From Planctomycetota bacterium (lineage in GTDB: Bacteria; Planctomycetota; Planctomycetia; Pirellulales; PNKZ01): 64,000 nt of DNA. The stretch spans positions 18,090-82,089 of the forward strand of contig JAFEBQ010000040.1 of NCBI GenBank assembly GCA_018242585.1, given 5' to 3'. Both the position numbers and the translations under genes were made by a program. Shown one piece after another: positions 29,552 through 39,412 of the stretch. The notes under the pieces are model-generated. The model saw nothing but the letters and a program-made list of their open reading frames with translations. It ran no database searches and was not told the origin of the DNA. Within the stretch, counting starts at the first letter, position 1. Each line of letters opens with the position of its first letter.

Positions 29552-31405
29552 CTACTCCGAGTCGAGCATCTTGATATTCGGGCAAAGCTCGTTCAGTTCG
29601 CGTTGCATGTGGCGGGTGATTTCGATTGTGGTGCGCATCTTCAGCACGCGCTCGACCGTCTTTTGCGCCCGCTCGACCGTCAGGTGGCTGAACAGTTCCT
29701 TAATCATCGGCACAAAGGCCGGGCTGATGCTGTAGCTGCGCAGGCCCATGCCGAACAGCAACACGGCGGCCCGGGGCATGGCGGCGATTTCGCCACACAA
29801 CGTGACCGGCGTGCCGCGCCGGCCACACGCGCCGATGACGTGCGCCAACGTCCGCATCACGGCCGGGCTCATCGGCTGGCACAGATGGCTCACCTTGGGG
29901 TTGTCCCGGTCGGCGGCCATCAGATACTGAACCAGGTCGTTGCTGCCGATCGAGACGAAATCGACGTCGTCCAGCATGGTCTCGATGGCCACGGCCGCGG
30001 CGGGCACTTCGACCATCATGCCGATCGGCACCTTGGCGAACGGCTTCCCCTCGGTGGTCAGTTGCTTGCAGGCCTTGTTCACCATGCCGTGAATCTTGCG
30101 CAGCTCTTCCACCATGGTGATCATGGGGAACATCATCTGCACTTGCTTGCGCCGGCTTCCATCTTCGGCGGCGGCGCGGAGAATGGCCCGGATTTGCGTC
30201 AAAAAAAACTCGGGGTGCTCGAATGACAATCGAATCGAGCGCCAGCCCATGAACGGGTTGGCCTCGCGATTGTGCCCCAGGTAGGGAATCGCCTTGTCGC
30301 CCCCCAGATCGAGCGTGCGAATCGTCACCTTGCGGTTCGGACTGGCGGCGATGATCTTGCGATAGGCGTCGAGCTGCTCTTCCTCGTCGGGCACGTCGGC
30401 GTGGGTCAGAAACAGATACTCGGTGCGATAGAGCCCCACGCCCGACGCGCCCATTCGCCGCGCGGCCTGGGCATCGGACAGGTTGCTGATATTGGCCAAT
30501 AACTGCACTTTTTGACCGTCGGCGGAAATACACTTTGCCGAGCAGTTTGCCGCCAGGGTCTCGCGCAGGTTCGCCACGTCGCGCTGCATGGCTCGATAAA
30601 CCAGCAATGTCTCGTAGTCGGGGTTGACCAGCACGCGCCCTTCGCGGCCATCGACGACGACCGTGTCGCCCGTGGTGATCGATTGCAAAATATCCGGCAC
30701 GCCCGACACCGCCGGAATGCCGCGGCTGCGCGCTAGAATCGCCGCGTGGCTGGTGCGGCCTCCGGCCTGGGTGACAATGCCAGCCACGTCGCGCTTGCCC
30801 AAGGTCAGCACGTGCGACGGCACCAATTCGCCAGCAATCAGGATCACCGCCCCGTCAATCGCCAGCTTGCTCGGCTTCAGTGCCGCGCTCAGGTGGCCGG
30901 TGATGCGAATGATCACATCGCGCACGTCGGACAGGCGCTCTTGCCAAAACTCGTCGTGCGAGCGCGCGAACAGGGCCGAGTATTCTTCCAGGACGCGGCG
31001 CAAGGCCGCCTGGGCCGACAGGTGATCCTCGCTGACGGCGGCGCGCACCTTGGCGGCCAGCGCGGGGTCGCGGAGGATTGATTCTTGCAAGCGAAAGATC
31101 GCCGCCTCGTCCGAACCGACTTGCGACTCGACCTTGCTGCGCAGGGCGACCAGATCGGCGGCGGTCTTTTCACAGGCCTGCTCGTAGCGTTGCAGTTCCT
31201 GGTGGACGTGCGCTGGCTCGACCGTCTCGGCCTCGTTCGGCACGAAGACTTCGTGAATGCAGTAGGCGCTGCCGACCGCCACGCCGGGCGAGACGGCCAA
31301 TCCTTGGTGGGTTTTGCCGCTCAAGCGCGCCGCGCGTGTGGCGACGGGCCTTGTTTTCTCGGTGGCCTCGTTGCTTCCTCGCCGCGGCCGAGGGTTTGCT
31401 GCCAT
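29552..31405 (-). CDS. ptsI: Phosphoenolpyruvate-protein phosphotransferase (PTS enzyme I)
   Basis: Active-site His region GGRTSHAAILARSRGIPAV. PEP-utilising C-terminal motifs IGSNDLVQY and LCGEIA. Start is uncertain: ATG at 31405 preferred, the track gives 31480. Confidence 0.88.
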   Translation of the reverse strand: MAANPRPRRGSNEATEKTRPVATRAARLSGKTHQGLAVSPGVAVGSAYCIHEVFVPNEAETVEPAHVHQELQRYEQACEKTAADLVALRSKVESQVGSDEAAIFRLQESILRDPALAAKVRAAVSEDHLSAQAALRRVLEEYSALFARSHDEFWQERLSDVRDVIIRITGHLSAALKPSKLAIDGAVILIAGELVPSHVLTLGKRDVAGIVTQAGGRTSHAAILARSRGIPAVSGVPDILQSITTGDTVVVDGREGRVLVNPDYETLLVYRAMQRDVANLRETLAANCSAKCISADGQKVQLLANISNLSDAQAARRMGASGVGLYRTEYLFLTHADVPDEEEQLDAYRKIIAASPNRKVTIRTLDLGGDKAIPYLGHNREANPFMGWRSIRLSFEHPEFFLTQIRAILRAAAEDGSRRKQVQMMFPMITMVEELRKIHGMVNKACKQLTTEGKPFAKVPIGMMVEVPAAAVAIETMLDDVDFVSIGSNDLVQYLMAADRDNPKVSHLCQPMSPAVMRTLAHVIGACGRRGTPVTLCGEIAAMPRAAVLLFGMGLRSYSISPAFVPMIKELFSHLTVERAQKTVERVLKMRTTIEITRHMQRELNELCPNIKMLDSE

Positions 31406-31522
31406 GAGTCCTGGGATCCCCACATCCAGCGACCGATCGAGGCATCGGCGATGCCTCGCGAACCATAGCGGCCACGTCATTGCGACGCGCCGGTTCCGAG
31501 TGCCTTTTTACCCGGACAGCCC

Positions 31523-32791
31523 TTAAGCCGCAATTCGTCGCGGTTGCTCCGCGGCCGACAATTCGCCGGAAGTCGTGTGCATGTCCAGAACATCGTTTAA
31601 GTCGACTGCGCGCGGAGTCGCACGCCCCATTCGCCACAAGAGGGGGAGCGCGGCCAGGCGCGCCACGCTGCTGGCGGCGAACAACGCCAGATAAACCACA
31701 ACCGACTTCCCCCACACGGCCAGTGTCGCGGCGCCGACCAGCGAGCCCACGACCGTGGCCAAGGCGTGGGCGAAATAAAAGCGCGTGAGCACGCTCGTTC
31801 GCTCTTCAGGAGCAATCGCTTCGAGGAACAACAGCGCCATCGCCAATTCATACGCCCCCCAAGCCACGCCCACCACCAATTGCAAGCCGATCAGAAACGC
31901 AAAGCGATCGGAAATGAGCCACGCCGCCGACAGCGGCGCAATGCCAACGCCGCCGAGCCACAGCAAGCGCTCCGCGCCAAAGCGGCGCGCGAACTGCCCC
32001 AGCAGCGGCAACGAGATGATCCGTCCCACCCAGGCCGCGCCGACGATCGTCACATATTCGATGTACGACAAGCTCAAGTGGTTGAGCATGTAGGGATTAA
32101 AGTACGGCCCGGAGATTTGCACGGCGCATTGCACGGCCAGGAGATAAAGCAGCAGCGCTCCGTCGTGACCGCTGCGCAAGCGCGCGCCCAACTCGGCCAG
32201 CGGCACATGACGCTCGGTGGCGATCGGCCGGCGCGGCTCGCTTTGCAGATACAGGAATGTGGCCGAGGCAAATCGGCTGGCCGCGGCCAAGGCGAAGATC
32301 AGCGCGAACATCGGCAACAGCATGTCGTGGGCTTTGCCCGCCTGGAGCGAAAAGCCCGCGACGAGAAAAGCGACTAGCAAGGCCGCCTGTCCGATATGCG
32401 TGCGCCGCGCAAAGTAGAGCGCGCGCAACCGTGAGGGAATCACGGCCCCCATCCAAGTGTTCCAGGCCGGCGACGACGAGAGCCCGGCGCCCCAATAGAC
32501 CGCCACGGTGCCAAACACCAGCCACAGCGGCAACCACCCGGCCAGTGCCGCCACGACCAACACCGGAAACGTCGCCGCCTGTAACGTCACGCACAGAACG
32601 ATCCACCGGCGATGCGTGCCGAGCAACCGCAAGCCGCACGGGGCCAGTAACTGAGCGGCCGCGCCGATCAAGAGCGGAATCGTGGCAATCAGCCCGGCGG
32701 CGACTTCACCCAAGCCAGCCGCCAGCGCGAACGCCGGCAGGTACTGCTCGCCCAAGCCGACCATCAGGTTGTACGCGGCTGAGTCCCCCAT
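31523..32791 (-). CDS. MFS-type transporter
   Basis: About 12 hydrophobic segments throughout the ORF. Sits upstream of and co-oriented with ptsI. Start is ambiguous (ATG at 32791, or 32887 as in the track). Confidence 0.7.
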   Translation of the reverse strand: MGDSAAYNLMVGLGEQYLPAFALAAGLGEVAAGLIATIPLLIGAAAQLLAPCGLRLLGTHRRWIVLCVTLQAATFPVLVVAALAGWLPLWLVFGTVAVYWGAGLSSSPAWNTWMGAVIPSRLRALYFARRTHIGQAALLVAFLVAGFSLQAGKAHDMLLPMFALIFALAAASRFASATFLYLQSEPRRPIATERHVPLAELGARLRSGHDGALLLYLLAVQCAVQISGPYFNPYMLNHLSLSYIEYVTIVGAAWVGRIISLPLLGQFARRFGAERLLWLGGVGIAPLSAAWLISDRFAFLIGLQLVVGVAWGAYELAMALLFLEAIAPEERTSVLTRFYFAHALATVVGSLVGAATLAVWGKSVVVYLALFAASSVARLAALPLLWRMGRATPRAVDLNDVLDMHTTSGELSAAEQPRRIAA

Positions 32792-33129
32792 GCTGGCGCG
32801 CAAGTCCGCGCGGCAGCTCGTGGCAGCCGGTTTATCAGCCAGGGTGGGCCGAGTTGCGGTGGGGCAAGAAGTCGCGTGTCGTATCAAGTCGCAGCGGAGT
32901 TTCGGTCAGGAGGGATGGGGCGGATGACTACCCCAGGGGCGGTCGACCAGCGGCCGCGCGGAACACGCTAGCAACTGGCCGGATTTCTGAAGAGGGGCGA
33001 ACTATAACAAGGCGTCGGGGACGCGCTAAGGGCGGCTGGCCTCTTGATGCTGGCAGCGCGTGCGAATAGATTGCGGCATTCACCGCTTGTCGCACTAACT
33101 TCTCAGCCTCCATCGGATTACCGCTCGCC

Positions 33130-34239
33130 ATGAAAGCCATTGCCGTCCGCGCCGGAAAGCCCAACACCGTTCACCTGGCCGAGTTGCCCAAGCCCAAGGT
33201 CAGCGACATTCCCGGCGGCCGGGGCGTGCTGGTGCGAGTGCTCAAGGTGGGGGTCGACGCCACCGACCGCGAGATCAACGAGGCCAAGTACGGCAACGCT
33301 CCGCCGGGTTACGACTTTCTGGTTCTGGGGCACGAGTGCTTCGGCGTCGTGGCCGAGGTCGGGCCGAACGTCCACCATGTGAAGCCGGGAGACTATGTCA
33401 CCGCCACGGTTCGCCGACCGGGCAAGTCGATCTACGACGTGATCGGCACCTGTGACATGACCAGCGAAGAGACTTACTACGAGCGCGGCATCAATCTGCT
33501 GCACGGCTTTCTGACCGAATACTTCGTCGACGATGCCGAGTACATCGTTAAGATGCCGCAAGGGATGAAGCACCTGCACGTGCTAGCCGAGCCGATGAGC
33601 TGTGCCGCCAAGGCCGTTCATCAAGCCTACGAAGTGCAACGCCGACTCAAGGTCTGGCGTCCGCAAACAGCGTTCGTCATGGGAGCCGGACAGATCGGGC
33701 TGCTGACGACCTTGATCCTGCGGCTGCGCGGGTTGAAGACGTTCACGCTAGCGCGCACACCGGGCCCGACGTTGCCCTCGTCGATTGTCGAAGGGATGGG
33801 AGGGACTTACGTCAGCACCGGCCAGACGACCCCGCAGCAATTAGCCGAAAAGGTGGGCAAGCCGGACCTGATTGTCGACGCCACTGGCAGCAGCGCGATT
33901 GCGTTTGGCGCGATGCAGATTCTGGGCCTGAACGGCGTGCTGGTATTCACCAGCGTCACCGGCGGCCAAAACAAGGTCGAAGTGCCGGCCGACAAGTTGA
34001 ACCTGGAATGGGTGCTGGGGAACAAACTGCTGCTGGGAAGCGTGAACGCGAATCGCGAGCACTTCGAGATGGGCATTCGCGATCTGGCGATGGCCGAGAT
34101 GACCTGGCCGGGCGTCGTGCAGCGAATCCTGACCCATCCGGTCCACGGGCTCGACAACTACCAGCAGATGATGCAGTTGCTGGTCGACAACCGGGCGCAA
34201 GGAGCCTTGAAGGTCTACGTTGACGTGGCGGATGAGTAA
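33130..34239 (+). CDS. Glucose 1-dehydrogenase-like medium-chain (Zn-dependent) dehydrogenase, archaeal GDH type
   Basis: MKAIAV...[17 protein letters not shown]...[11 protein letters not shown] (GHE motif). Rossmann motif [10 protein letters not shown]. Confidence 0.75.
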   Translation: MKAIAVRAGKPNTVHLAELPKPKVSDIPGGRGVLVRVLKVGVDATDREINEAKYGNAPPGYDFLVLGHECFGVVAEVGPNVHHVKPGDYVTATVRRPGKSIYDVIGTCDMTSEETYYERGINLLHGFLTEYFVDDAEYIVKMPQGMKHLHVLAEPMSCAAKAVHQAYEVQRRLKVWRPQTAFVMGAGQIGLLTTLILRLRGLKTFTLARTPGPTLPSSIVEGMGGTYVSTGQTTPQQLAEKVGKPDLIVDATGSSAIAFGAMQILGLNGVLVFTSVTGGQNKVEVPADKLNLEWVLGNKLLLGSVNANREHFEMGIRDLAMAEMTWPGVVQRILTHPVHGLDNYQQMMQLLVDNRAQGALKVYVDVADE

Positions 34240-34271
34240 TTCAGATTGTCGTGACTTCGAGTGGGGCCTTT

Positions 34272-34437
34272 ACACCTCTCCCTTTAAGGGAGAGGTCGCG
34301 AACGGAGTGAGCGGGTGAGGGTAAAAGCGTTGCAAGCCGATTGGCTTTGCACTCGGTTGACTTGAGCTGAGTCTTGTCGTTTTTGATCGGCAACGTCTTT
34401 ACCCTCCCCCTTACCCCTCCCTGAAAGGGAGGGGTGT
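34272..34437 (+). repeat. Composite two-hairpin REP/MITE-like element, copy A
   Basis: Hairpin CCTCTCCCTTTAAGGGAGAGG (34275-34295) followed by TCGCGAACGGAGTGAGCGGGTGAGGGTAAA. Distal hairpin CCCCTCCCTGAAAGGGAGGGG (34414-34434). Lies between convergent genes. Confidence 0.8.
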
Positions 34438-34519
34438 TCGCGTCTAATGCTGGCGAAGTTCTTTCTCGACTTCGGTTGCCTCCAGTGTTGGTGAGTGCGA
34501 AAAAAACCGCCAACCATTG

Positions 34520-34768
34520 TCAATTCCAGTTCGGCCCCGCGCCTTCGTCGGGGGGCGGTTCGCCGCCGGCCCATTCTTCGAGCGCTTCGAGCAGCTTGTC
34601 TCGTTCCTCGACGTTGGCCCAGACCGCCTCGCCTTGTTCCAAGCGAATCTCGTAGTATCCTTCGCGCTGGCAGTCTTCCTCGCCACAGTAGTGGGGCGTG
34701 GCCGCCACCCACATTACGCGATAGAGGGGGACGTGCTTATCATCGACGACTATGAAGACACTCGACAT
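34520..34768 (-). CDS. Small acidic hypothetical protein (82 aa)
   Basis: MSSVFIVVDDKHVPLYRVMWVAATPHYCGEEDCQREGYYEIRLEQGEAVWANVEERDKLLEALEEWAGGEPPP... An internal ATG is preferred over the track start at 34816. Confidence 0.5.
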   Translation of the reverse strand: MSSVFIVVDDKHVPLYRVMWVAATPHYCGEEDCQREGYYEIRLEQGEAVWANVEERDKLLEALEEWAGGEPPPDEGAGPNWN

Positions 34769-34885
34769 GGACCTTGAACTCCTGAACTGACAACAGCGTG
34801 GACTACGATTGGCCATCGATCGGCTTGACAGCCGCCGACGCCACCACGCCGAACAACCATGTTCGACGCTGGTTGATTCCTTGGA

Positions 34886-35713
34886 TTACGATTTGTTGGC
34901 GGCGGCTTGTCCCAATTCTTTCGATCGATTCGTGGCCGCGGTCACCGCTTCGATCAATGCCGAGCGGATGCCGCGCTGTTCGAGCACAGCCAAACCGGCG
35001 ATGGTCGTGCCGCCGGGGCTGGCGACTTGATCTTTCAAGGCGCCGGGATGCTCGCCTGTGGCCAGGACCATCTGTGCCGCGCCCAGCAGCGTCTGCGCCG
35101 CCAGCCCCTGGGCGACCGCGCGCGGCAACCCGCAACGCACGCCCCCATCGGCCAGCGCCTCGATCATCAACATGGCGTAGGCGGGGCCTGAACCCGACAG
35201 CCCGGTCACCACGTCGAGCAAGCCTTCGTCCAGTTGGTAGGCCCGACCGACCGATTCGAGCAGTTTGGCGACCAGCGCCGCGTCGTCCTTCGTCGCGTTC
35301 GGCCCCAGGCAATAGGCGCTCGCCCCCTGGCCCACCAGGCACGGCGTGTTGGACATCACGCGCACCAATCGTGGCTCACTACCCAAACCGGCCGACAACA
35401 CTCGCAACGGCACGCCGGCCGCCACCGAGATGACCAGATGCCGGTTACCGATGTGCGGCTTGATCTCGGCCAGGACCGACGCCATGTGCTGCGGCTTGAC
35501 GGCCAGGAAGATGATCTGGGCCGCGTTGACCAGGGCCCCGTTGCTGGTGGCAATCTGGGCGCCGGTCGTGGCTTTGAACTGGTCAGCAGCCGAGGGGTAG
35601 CTATCGCTCCCCAGCATCTGGGCCGGGGTAAGCAGGCCGGCCTCGACGAAGCCGCGCGCCAGGGCCGTGGCCATCCGGCCGGTGCCGATAAAGCCGCAAG
35701 TTGTTTTGTCCAT
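34886..35713 (-). CDS. proC: Pyrroline-5-carboxylate reductase
   Basis: N-terminal Rossmann motif GFIGTGRMATALARGF. C-terminal SPGGTTIAGL motif. Confidence 0.92.
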   Translation of the reverse strand: MDKTTCGFIGTGRMATALARGFVEAGLLTPAQMLGSDSYPSAADQFKATTGAQIATSNGALVNAAQIIFLAVKPQHMASVLAEIKPHIGNRHLVISVAAGVPLRVLSAGLGSEPRLVRVMSNTPCLVGQGASAYCLGPNATKDDAALVAKLLESVGRAYQLDEGLLDVVTGLSGSGPAYAMLMIEALADGGVRCGLPRAVAQGLAAQTLLGAAQMVLATGEHPGALKDQVASPGGTTIAGLAVLEQRGIRSALIEAVTAATNRSKELGQAAANKS

Positions 35714-35889
35714 TGGAAAAGCGTCGATCTAGCGAGTGTCGGCACGGGCCGCCGGACGGGCGGTCTATTGCCATGCTAAGCCAAAGGTCGGTCGACGACA
35801 ATTGGCCTCGACGGAGCCCGGCGGTTTTGCGACACTCCGCTGCCCAAAATCGGGCGCAAATTGCGCTTTTTCCACCAAGGGAATCGGCC

Positions 35890-36348
35890 ATGAGGAACAT
35901 CGTAGGCAGACTGTGCATCGGTCTGGGGCTGTTGGCTGGCGGCGCGTCGTCGGCGTTGGCGACCGAGCCGATCGGCTATCAGACAACGCCGTTCTGGAAG
36001 CGAGCCCTGATGCCGTGGACCACGACCACCTCGTCAACGCCGGTAGCCATCTCGAAGCTGAAGGGGAAGCCGACGCTCAATGGGCGACCGTTGTGGACGC
36101 CGACCAGCCAGCCGACGAACTTGACCCAGAACTTGTCCACCGGCAGCAAGAAGATCGCACAAGGGACATTCGACGCGGTCACGCTTAAGCCGCTGCGGTC
36201 CAAGATTGGCACCTCGCCCACGCCGAAATACGCCGTCGTGCGTCAGGAAAAGAAACCTGGGCTGTTCGGCTCGATGTTCAAGCCGACGCCGGCTCCGACG
36301 CCGCGCACGATGGGCGAGTGGATGGCGCTGGACCGCCCCAAGATGTAA
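35890..36348 (+). CDS. Small secreted Thr/Pro/Lys-rich hypothetical protein
   Basis: Signal peptide MRNIVGRLCIGLGLLAGGASSALA. The track ORF (35701) is trimmed to the internal ATG at 35890. Confidence 0.5.
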   Translation: MRNIVGRLCIGLGLLAGGASSALATEPIGYQTTPFWKRALMPWTTTTSSTPVAISKLKGKPTLNGRPLWTPTSQPTNLTQNLSTGSKKIAQGTFDAVTLKPLRSKIGTSPTPKYAVVRQEKKPGLFGSMFKPTPAPTPRTMGEWMALDRPKM

Positions 36349-36365
36349 GCCGGGAGCGATTATCG

Positions 36366-36650
36366 ATGCCACGCATCAATTCAGGCTCGCTGCCCGCGCA
36401 CGCGGCGCGAAACCTGTCAGCGCTCGTCTGCTTGGGACTTGTGACCGGTACGATCCTTTCGGCGGGTTGCGCCAAGTCGTGGCTCGGCTCGAGCGATCGT
36501 CCTGGCATGTCAGCGCCGTGGCGTTGGCTGGATCGCGAGGAAGCCGCGCGGCGCGCCATGCGCGAGAAAGTGGCCGACGATCCGTTCCCCTCAGCCGAAG
36601 CGCAGGGGATCACCCGGGGTGATTCAACGACCGCGAAGGCCAATCGCTGA
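36366..36650 (+). CDS. Small putative lipoprotein
   Basis: Lipobox-like LSAGC after a hydrophobic segment (ALVCLGLVTGTILSAGC). ATG at 36366, 18 nt after the previous gene. Confidence 0.45.
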   Translation: MPRINSGSLPAHAARNLSALVCLGLVTGTILSAGCAKSWLGSSDRPGMSAPWRWLDREEAARRAMREKVADDPFPSAEAQGITRGDSTTAKANR

Positions 36651-37835
36651 TCAATCGGCCAGCAGCGTCTGCAACGCCTGGTAAGCCGGACGCGGCTCGC
36701 CGATCTTCCCATCGGCCGAGATTGGCACGAACCCCGTCAACGTGTCCTGGGCGTTCAGATCGTCGAGTAGATCGGCCCAAAACACTTTTCGCTCGGGATG
36801 ACCGACAACCAGGCTGGCGAACAGCTTGCTGACAACCTGGGCCTGGCCATCTTCCCCCTCGTATTTCGCGTCGAGCTGCGCCGAGCGATTGGCGGCGTAG
36901 TTGAACTCGGTGATCCAGACCGGCATGTCGGCCAGTTGCAACTCGCGCATCGCTTCGTCGATTTGCTGCTTGTTGATTTGGACGTATTGCTCGAACGCGC
37001 TTCGGCTTCCTTCGGCGGCGACATTCAAGTCGGCGCCGTGTAATTGAAAATTAGCAACATGAAACGGCAGCTTGGCGAGCGTGTTGCGGTATTGCTGGAC
37101 CAGGTCGCGCGTCCACTTGATCTGCCGCACGATGCGACCGCTGGAACTCCCCAGCACGACTTTGGCCTTGGGGTCGGTCGATATGATCGCGGCCGAGGCG
37201 CGGTCGAGCAGTTGTGGATACTTCAACGCCCCCTGGCTGTCGCGAACTTCGTCCAAGTCGGGCTCGCAGCCGATTTCCCAATGATGGACGTCGGCCTTGT
37301 AACGCTCGACCAGCTTCATAACAAACTGCGGATAGCGCCCTTTCTCGTCGGCCAAATCCTTGGGCAGGCCCGACGTCCGGCCGCTGTCGCTGGCCCAAAC
37401 CGGCACGCCGTCGATCACCCACAACAGATTGACGCCATGCTCGCGAGCAGCGGACACGACGGCGTCGGCGATGTCCCAACTCGGCTTGTCGCGCTCGCGC
37501 TCAATACGGTCCCAGCCGATACAGACGCGCGACCAGTGGACGCCCAGTCGCCCCAGCAGACCAAACTTCTTGTTGATTTGCTGCTTTTGCCATTCGAGGC
37601 CCTTGTCGGTCGACATGGCAAAGACCGTGCTCAGTTCGACCCCCACGCCCAGTTGCTCGCGTAACTGGGCCTTGACCACCTGGGCATCAGGGGCGGCATT
37701 GCCGGCCTGGCGCAGGTAATACCATAGCCCCCATGCGCCACCGCCACACACCACCCAAATCAGGGTGCTGGTCAGCGCAATCTGGGTGCGGGTCATCCGT
37801 GCGCGTTTACGCCTTGCTGAACGAGACTCTGACAT
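36651..37835 (-). CDS. Clan GH-A (GH5/GH39-like) TIM-barrel glycoside hydrolase with N-terminal membrane anchor
   Basis: Acid/base-like motif HHWEIGCEPD and nucleophile-like motif PVWITEFN at the expected spacing. N-terminal TM helix. Confidence 0.65.
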   Translation of the reverse strand: MSESRSARRKRARMTRTQIALTSTLIWVVCGGGAWGLWYYLRQAGNAAPDAQVVKAQLREQLGVGVELSTVFAMSTDKGLEWQKQQINKKFGLLGRLGVHWSRVCIGWDRIERERDKPSWDIADAVVSAAREHGVNLLWVIDGVPVWASDSGRTSGLPKDLADEKGRYPQFVMKLVERYKADVHHWEIGCEPDLDEVRDSQGALKYPQLLDRASAAIISTDPKAKVVLGSSSGRIVRQIKWTRDLVQQYRNTLAKLPFHVANFQLHGADLNVAAEGSRSAFEQYVQINKQQIDEAMRELQLADMPVWITEFNYAANRSAQLDAKYEGEDGQAQVVSKLFASLVVGHPERKVFWADLLDDLNAQDTLTGFVPISADGKIGEPRPAYQALQTLLAD

Positions 37836-37901
37836 GAAACTTCCTGACCGCGTATCGCGTTCAAACCGTGGTTTACTATCGTTATCAACGCCGCAATGGA
37901 G

Positions 37902-39182
37902 CTAATGGTGCAGTCCGGGCTTGACGAAATGGGCAGATTCCGTGCCAAGTCGTTCGACGGCGTTGGCAATCGTTTCCATCGCATCATCCTGATGGACCAT
38001 CGCGCGAACTCGCTCGCACGCCTGGGCCACCGCCGAGGAATCGAGCATCTCTCCCAGCAGCCTGGCCGCACGCGCGCCGGTGAAGCGGCGCTGGTCGATG
38101 CCGCGTCCGCAGTTCAGCCGCTCGAGCCGCATCACGTTGTCGAACTGGTCAAAGCTCATGGTCATGGCCAGTTGCGGCACCCCGGCGGCGAACCCCTGGG
38201 ACATGCTGCCTATCCCCCCGTGATGGACCACCGCCGCCACACGCGGTAGCAGCCAGCCAAACGGCACAAAGTCGAAATGCTTCACTCCATCGGGCAATTT
38301 CGCGGGTATTTGTTCGGGAAACCGTGTTAGCAACAAACCCCGGCGTCCCAGCCGGCGACAGGCGTCGCAAGCCGCCGCGAAGAACTCGCGACCGTGCAGG
38401 TTGGCCGAGCCGGGCGTGAAGACGATCGGCTTGGAACCGGCGCTCAGATAACTGAGCAGTTCGCTGCTCGGTTCGACCAGGTCTCCCTCGTCATATAATG
38501 GAAACCCGGTCAGGACGGTTTGTGTCGGCCAATCGGGTTGCTTGGCGCCGAACCATTCGGGAAACAGCGCCAGCACCAACTGGGGCGAGTGCCACCATCG
38601 GCCCATGATGCCCCGCGCCGGAGCCAGACCATACCGGCCACGAATCGCGTTGATCTTTGAGCCCAGAACGCGATCGATGATCAGCCGGTCGGCCAGCCAG
38701 AATTGCAGCCGCTTCAGCGGCGCCGGCAGCCAAGTCGGCAGGAACATGCCCGGCAGCCTGACCTCGGCATGAATCGTCCGGAACAACGACGGGGACAGAT
38801 GCACCGTGGCCAAGGGAAGCCCGGCCACTTCCTGGGCGACGCGGGCCCCCATCGCCAGGCTCGACGCCACGATCACCGTCTCGCCCGGAACCGCGTGGGC
38901 CAGGACCGCCTGGAACTGGGCTTCGATCGTCTCGGCGACCATGTCCATCACGAACCGTGGCCCGCGGTAGCGATGCCACAGTTCTGGCCGATTGATCGAT
39001 TCGCGAAAGTCCCACTCCGGGGCCGGATCGACAAAGTCGAGCCCCGCCTGCCGGGCCAGCGGCTCAAAGTGGCCACTGGTCATCAACGTGACACGATGCC
39101 CGCGTGCGGCCAATGTGCGGCCGATGCCGACAAATGGATGCACATCGCCGGCGCTACCCACCGTGGTTAACAGAAAGTGCAT
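37902..39182 (-). CDS. GT1-family (MGT/UDP-glycosyltransferase-like) glycosyltransferase
   Basis: MHFLLTTVGSAGDVHPFVGIG at the N-terminus. C-terminal sugar-donor motif VVHHGGIGSMSQGFAAGVPQLAMTMSFDQFDN. Confidence 0.8.
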   Translation of the reverse strand: MHFLLTTVGSAGDVHPFVGIGRTLAARGHRVTLMTSGHFEPLARQAGLDFVDPAPEWDFRESINRPELWHRYRGPRFVMDMVAETIEAQFQAVLAHAVPGETVIVASSLAMGARVAQEVAGLPLATVHLSPSLFRTIHAEVRLPGMFLPTWLPAPLKRLQFWLADRLIIDRVLGSKINAIRGRYGLAPARGIMGRWWHSPQLVLALFPEWFGAKQPDWPTQTVLTGFPLYDEGDLVEPSSELLSYLSAGSKPIVFTPGSANLHGREFFAAACDACRRLGRRGLLLTRFPEQIPAKLPDGVKHFDFVPFGWLLPRVAAVVHHGGIGSMSQGFAAGVPQLAMTMSFDQFDNVMRLERLNCGRGIDQRRFTGARAARLLGEMLDSSAVAQACERVRAMVHQDDAMETIANAVERLGTESAHFVKPGLHH

Positions 39183-39412
39183 ACCGTCGACTGCCCTCAG
39201 CGGACACTGCGTCTGGGGCCTCGCCACCGAGGCCTCTCGAACCAGATTCTTGTATTAGTGATCTTAAACGATGCTGCATTCTTCGCACTAGTTCCGATGG
39301 GGTTCATGCGCCCCATGAACTGAATTAGAATGAGAATCGAGTGAAATCCACTGCGTCAATTTGCCGGACCTCGCGCCAATTTTATTTTTCTCGTTACGAT
39401 GATTAGCCGCCT

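Noticed and set aside
34241-34712. Minus-strand ORFs of 90 and 142 aa, and plus-strand ORFs of 73-86 aa
   Set aside because: They read through REP/MITE-like copy A. The same repeat yields similar pseudo-peptides at the other copies, so they are not coding.
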